From: Candidatus Kuenenia stuttgartensis
GTDB lineage: Bacteria > Planctomycetota > Brocadiia > Brocadiales > Brocadiaceae
Assembly (NCBI RefSeq): GCF_900232105.1
Contig: NZ_LT934425.1
Span: 90,001 to 122,000 of the forward strand
Direction of reading: 5' to 3'
DNA: 32,000 nt
In this document: one piece after another, positions 29,716 to 32,000 of the stretch
How positions within the stretch are numbered: position 1 is the stretch's first letter
Layout of the letters: the number at the start of each line of letters is the position of its first letter
Translations under genes and position numbers: made by a program
The notes under the pieces: model-generated
What the model was told of the DNA's origin: nothing
Seen by the model: only the letters and a program-made list of their open reading frames with translations
Databases searched by the model: none

Positions 29716-29739
29716 TGAAATCTCCTCCTACATCAATTC

Positions 29740-30012
29740 TTACTTGATAGCGTGTTGAATTACCTCTAAAACAGCTTCCGTCTTCGGCAATTTTCCAAGA
29801 AGGATAAAAGACACCATCAATGAATAAATCGTCAGAGATTCAATAAACGCAAGACCAACAAACATAACCAATTGTATCTTCCCCGCCATGTCAGGCTGTC
29901 TGGCCATACCATTTGCCGCACCATAAACTGCAATTCCCTGTCCAATACCGCACCCAAAGGCAGCGATAGCCAATAATGACACTGCAATAGCTAATAAAGC
30001 AAAATATACCAC
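29740..30012 (-). CDS. atpE: F-type ATP synthase c subunit, copy 1
   Basis: GCGIGQGIAVYGAANGMARQPDMAGKIQLVMFVGLAFIESLTIYSLMVSFILL. Confidence 0.97.
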   Translation of the reverse strand: MVYFALLAIAVSLLAIAAFGCGIGQGIAVYGAANGMARQPDMAGKIQLVMFVGLAFIESLTIYSLMVSFILLGKLPKTEAVLEVIQHAIK

Positions 30013-30185
30013 CTATACCCCTCCTTCTAAAAAAAGTAATTTAAAATACAGATATCACCAACTTCAATCGCAATCTTTTTCTGATTGCAGCACAACTTTC
30101 TTCTCCTCTTTTTCCCGCACTATACTATTCATCTTATGTAACAAAACACTCTATGCAGAGCGCGATAAGAAGCAGAAAATACCCG

Positions 30186-30545
30186 TTATTTCGCGCTCAA
30201 CTGAAGAACTATCCCCGCGGCAGACGAAAGTAATTCTTCGTTTGAAGTATTCTTCCTGAATATTTTAAGAACCTCCTCAGATTTAGGCAGTTTTCCAAAC
30301 AGCATAAACGATATCATTAGAGAATAAATCGCAAGAGACTCAATAAAGGCAATTCCGATTATCATTGCCAACTGCACCTTCGCCGCAACCGAAGGCTGCC
30401 GCGCCATACTTTCAACGGCGCTGCTCACCACTTTTGCCTGAGCGAGAGCACAACCAAACGCTGCAACTGCAACTACAGGAATTCCAATCACTAATGCTAC
30501 AAAATAATCCATTTCACTACTCCTTTTATTGAAAATTTGAACCAT
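30186..30545 (-). CDS. atpE: F-type ATP synthase c subunit, copy 2 (C-terminally extended)
   Basis: GCALAQAKVVSSAVESMARQPSVAAKVQLAMIIGIAFIESLAIYSLMISFMLFGKLPKSEEVLKIF plus an extra tail of about 25 aa. Confidence 0.95.
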   Translation of the reverse strand: MVQIFNKRSSEMDYFVALVIGIPVVAVAAFGCALAQAKVVSSAVESMARQPSVAAKVQLAMIIGIAFIESLAIYSLMISFMLFGKLPKSEEVLKIFRKNTSNEELLSSAAGIVLQLSAK

Positions 30546-30620
30546 TTAAAAATAGCATCAAACTCTTATTGGAGAGATAAAAAATGAAAACCAGAACCCA
30601 CTGCGCAGTTGCAGATTAAC

Positions 30621-31394
30621 TTAATGATGTTCTTCTTCATCGTGGATGCCAATAGCCCCTGCAATGTAAAAACTCGCCAGAAGCGCAAAAATCATCGCCT
30701 GGATAGTGCTTCCAAGTAAAGCAAGAAATACCATTGGCAGATGTATCGGTAACGGTATAAAACCAAGCAGAAAGGGAGCAAACCCGATAAATATCGCAAT
30801 CACCGTATCCTCACCCAGGATGTTTCCAAAGAGTCGCATGGATAACGACAGGGGACGGGAAAGCACTTCCTGCATTATATGCAGCGGAAAGGTAAGTGGT
30901 GCAAGCCATACAGGTTTACCCACCATATGCTTAAGATAACCAAAAACTCCCTTGCTCTTTATCCCTTGATACTGCGTTGCAAAGAAAACAATAAGCGCAA
31001 GTGCAACTGTTGTGTTTAAATTACTCGTAGGTGAATGGAACAGGGGTATCTGCCCCAACATGTTCATGCAAAATATATAAATAAAGAACGTGCCAATAAA
31101 AGGTATAAAACGCTCTGCCACCCGCCCCATCTGTGATTTTGTAAAATTTTCCAGCCCTTCAACTATAAGTTCCAACAGGGACTGAATCCTCCCGGGCACC
31201 ATCCGTAATTTCCGGGTTGCCAGAAGGGAAAATAGTCCCAGAAAAATGATTATCAACGCAGACATCACTATCGGTACCCACTCATGTTTTGTCAAACCAA
31301 AAAACTGACTGTGTGCGTCCGATGGAATAAAATCTAAAAATGATGGCAATTCGGTGGAAGTACCACCATCGCCGCCGTGACCTTCAGCAGACAC
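30621..31394 (-). CDS. atpB: F-type ATP synthase a subunit
   Basis: LAPLTFPLHIMQEVLSRPLSLSMRLFGNILGEDTVIAIFI...LLGSTIQAMIFALLASFYIAGAI. Confidence 0.97.
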   Translation of the reverse strand: MSAEGHGGDGGTSTELPSFLDFIPSDAHSQFFGLTKHEWVPIVMSALIIIFLGLFSLLATRKLRMVPGRIQSLLELIVEGLENFTKSQMGRVAERFIPFIGTFFIYIFCMNMLGQIPLFHSPTSNLNTTVALALIVFFATQYQGIKSKGVFGYLKHMVGKPVWLAPLTFPLHIMQEVLSRPLSLSMRLFGNILGEDTVIAIFIGFAPFLLGFIPLPIHLPMVFLALLGSTIQAMIFALLASFYIAGAIGIHDEEEHH

Positions 31395-31628
31395 TCTCCC
31401 TTGCTCCTTTCGATATGAATTCTATTTTAAACCTAAGCTGGCATAGCCAGAACCAAACAAGCACTAAAAGCGAAATACGAAAGAGAAACCACAGATTATA
31501 CCGATTTCGTCGTTAGCTCAGCCGAACGATTCCAGAGATTAAAGAAACGGCACAAGCTTATAATTGACCAATTTCACCGTTAAATATTTTGCCAAAAAAT
31601 GCAAAGAAATTACTAATCTGACAAGATA

Positions 31629-31955
31629 CTAACCATTCACCTTTTCGTAAGGGAATTTTACCCTATTGTTCAATTGCCTTACGAACAAGCTCCCCAATAT
31701 TTTCAGCATTATTACGGCCATTACCATGCTTAGTCCTATAAACAGAGCGATTATATTGACCTCTAAAAAGACGCATGCAAAAAAAAGCATCCCCCCCGCT
31801 ATGAAATACTTCGCAATACTCACCTTGAGGATAAACCCCTTTATTTGCGCCCTTTTTTTCTCAACACCAAAACGTATTCCCCACCACGACATTTTAAACA
31901 ACAACAAACTAATGAAACACCCTATTGCAACACTTAACGTCAATTTTGCGGACAT
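31629..31955 (-). CDS. Small membrane protein at the head of the ATP synthase operon, AtpI/AtpR-like
   Basis: Three or four hydrophobic helices, 108 aa, directly upstream of atpB in the same direction. Call rests mainly on position and topology. Confidence 0.6.
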   Translation of the reverse strand: MSAKLTLSVAIGCFISLLLFKMSWWGIRFGVEKKRAQIKGFILKVSIAKYFIAGGMLFFACVFLEVNIIALFIGLSMVMAVIMLKILGSLFVRQLNNRVKFPYEKVNG

Positions 31956-32000
31956 ATAAGAAAACGAACCCGCTATTATAATCAGCGATAAATAAAATGA

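Noticed and set aside
26156-31959. Numerous + strand ORFs such as 28816..29652 and 27143..27664
   Set aside because: Antisense to strongly conserved atp genes, with low-complexity, family-free translations.

Overview
This 32 kb window is dominated by a minus-strand type III-A (Csm) CRISPR-Cas locus, about 3.8-21.2 kb. It appears to come from a planctomycete/anammox-like genome, which is an inference only. Order in the direction of transcription: cas6 > shared leader > CRISPR array 2 (11 repeats) > cas10 split by a 2,004 bp insertion sequence > csm2 > csm3 > csm4 > csm5 > small membrane Cys-rich protein > csm6-like CARF-HEPN > vestigial repeat plus leader > two-TM CARF-like protein > csx3 > stand-alone reverse transcriptase > cas1 > cas2 > shared leader > CRISPR array 1 (9 repeats). 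The left flank holds algH (partial), rpiB and a tlpA-like gene, then a relic-rich segment with a decayed hicA toxin, a decayed RAYT transposase and REP-like palindromes. The right flank holds a tRNA, tsaB, a dTDP-glucose 4,6-dehydratase gene and a complete F-type ATP synthase operon with two c-subunit genes. The most notable observations are: (i) precise IS disruption of cas10 just after the GGDD palm, with a CTAG duplication and exact frame restoration in silico; (ii) an overlapping TM-CARF / csx3 / RT / cas1 / cas2 operon; (iii) an uncharacterised membrane Cys-motif protein inside the csm operon; (iv) an orphan degenerate repeat-leader remnant; (v) in-frame hexamer expansion of stop codons inside a four-helix-bundle (S23-like) gene.
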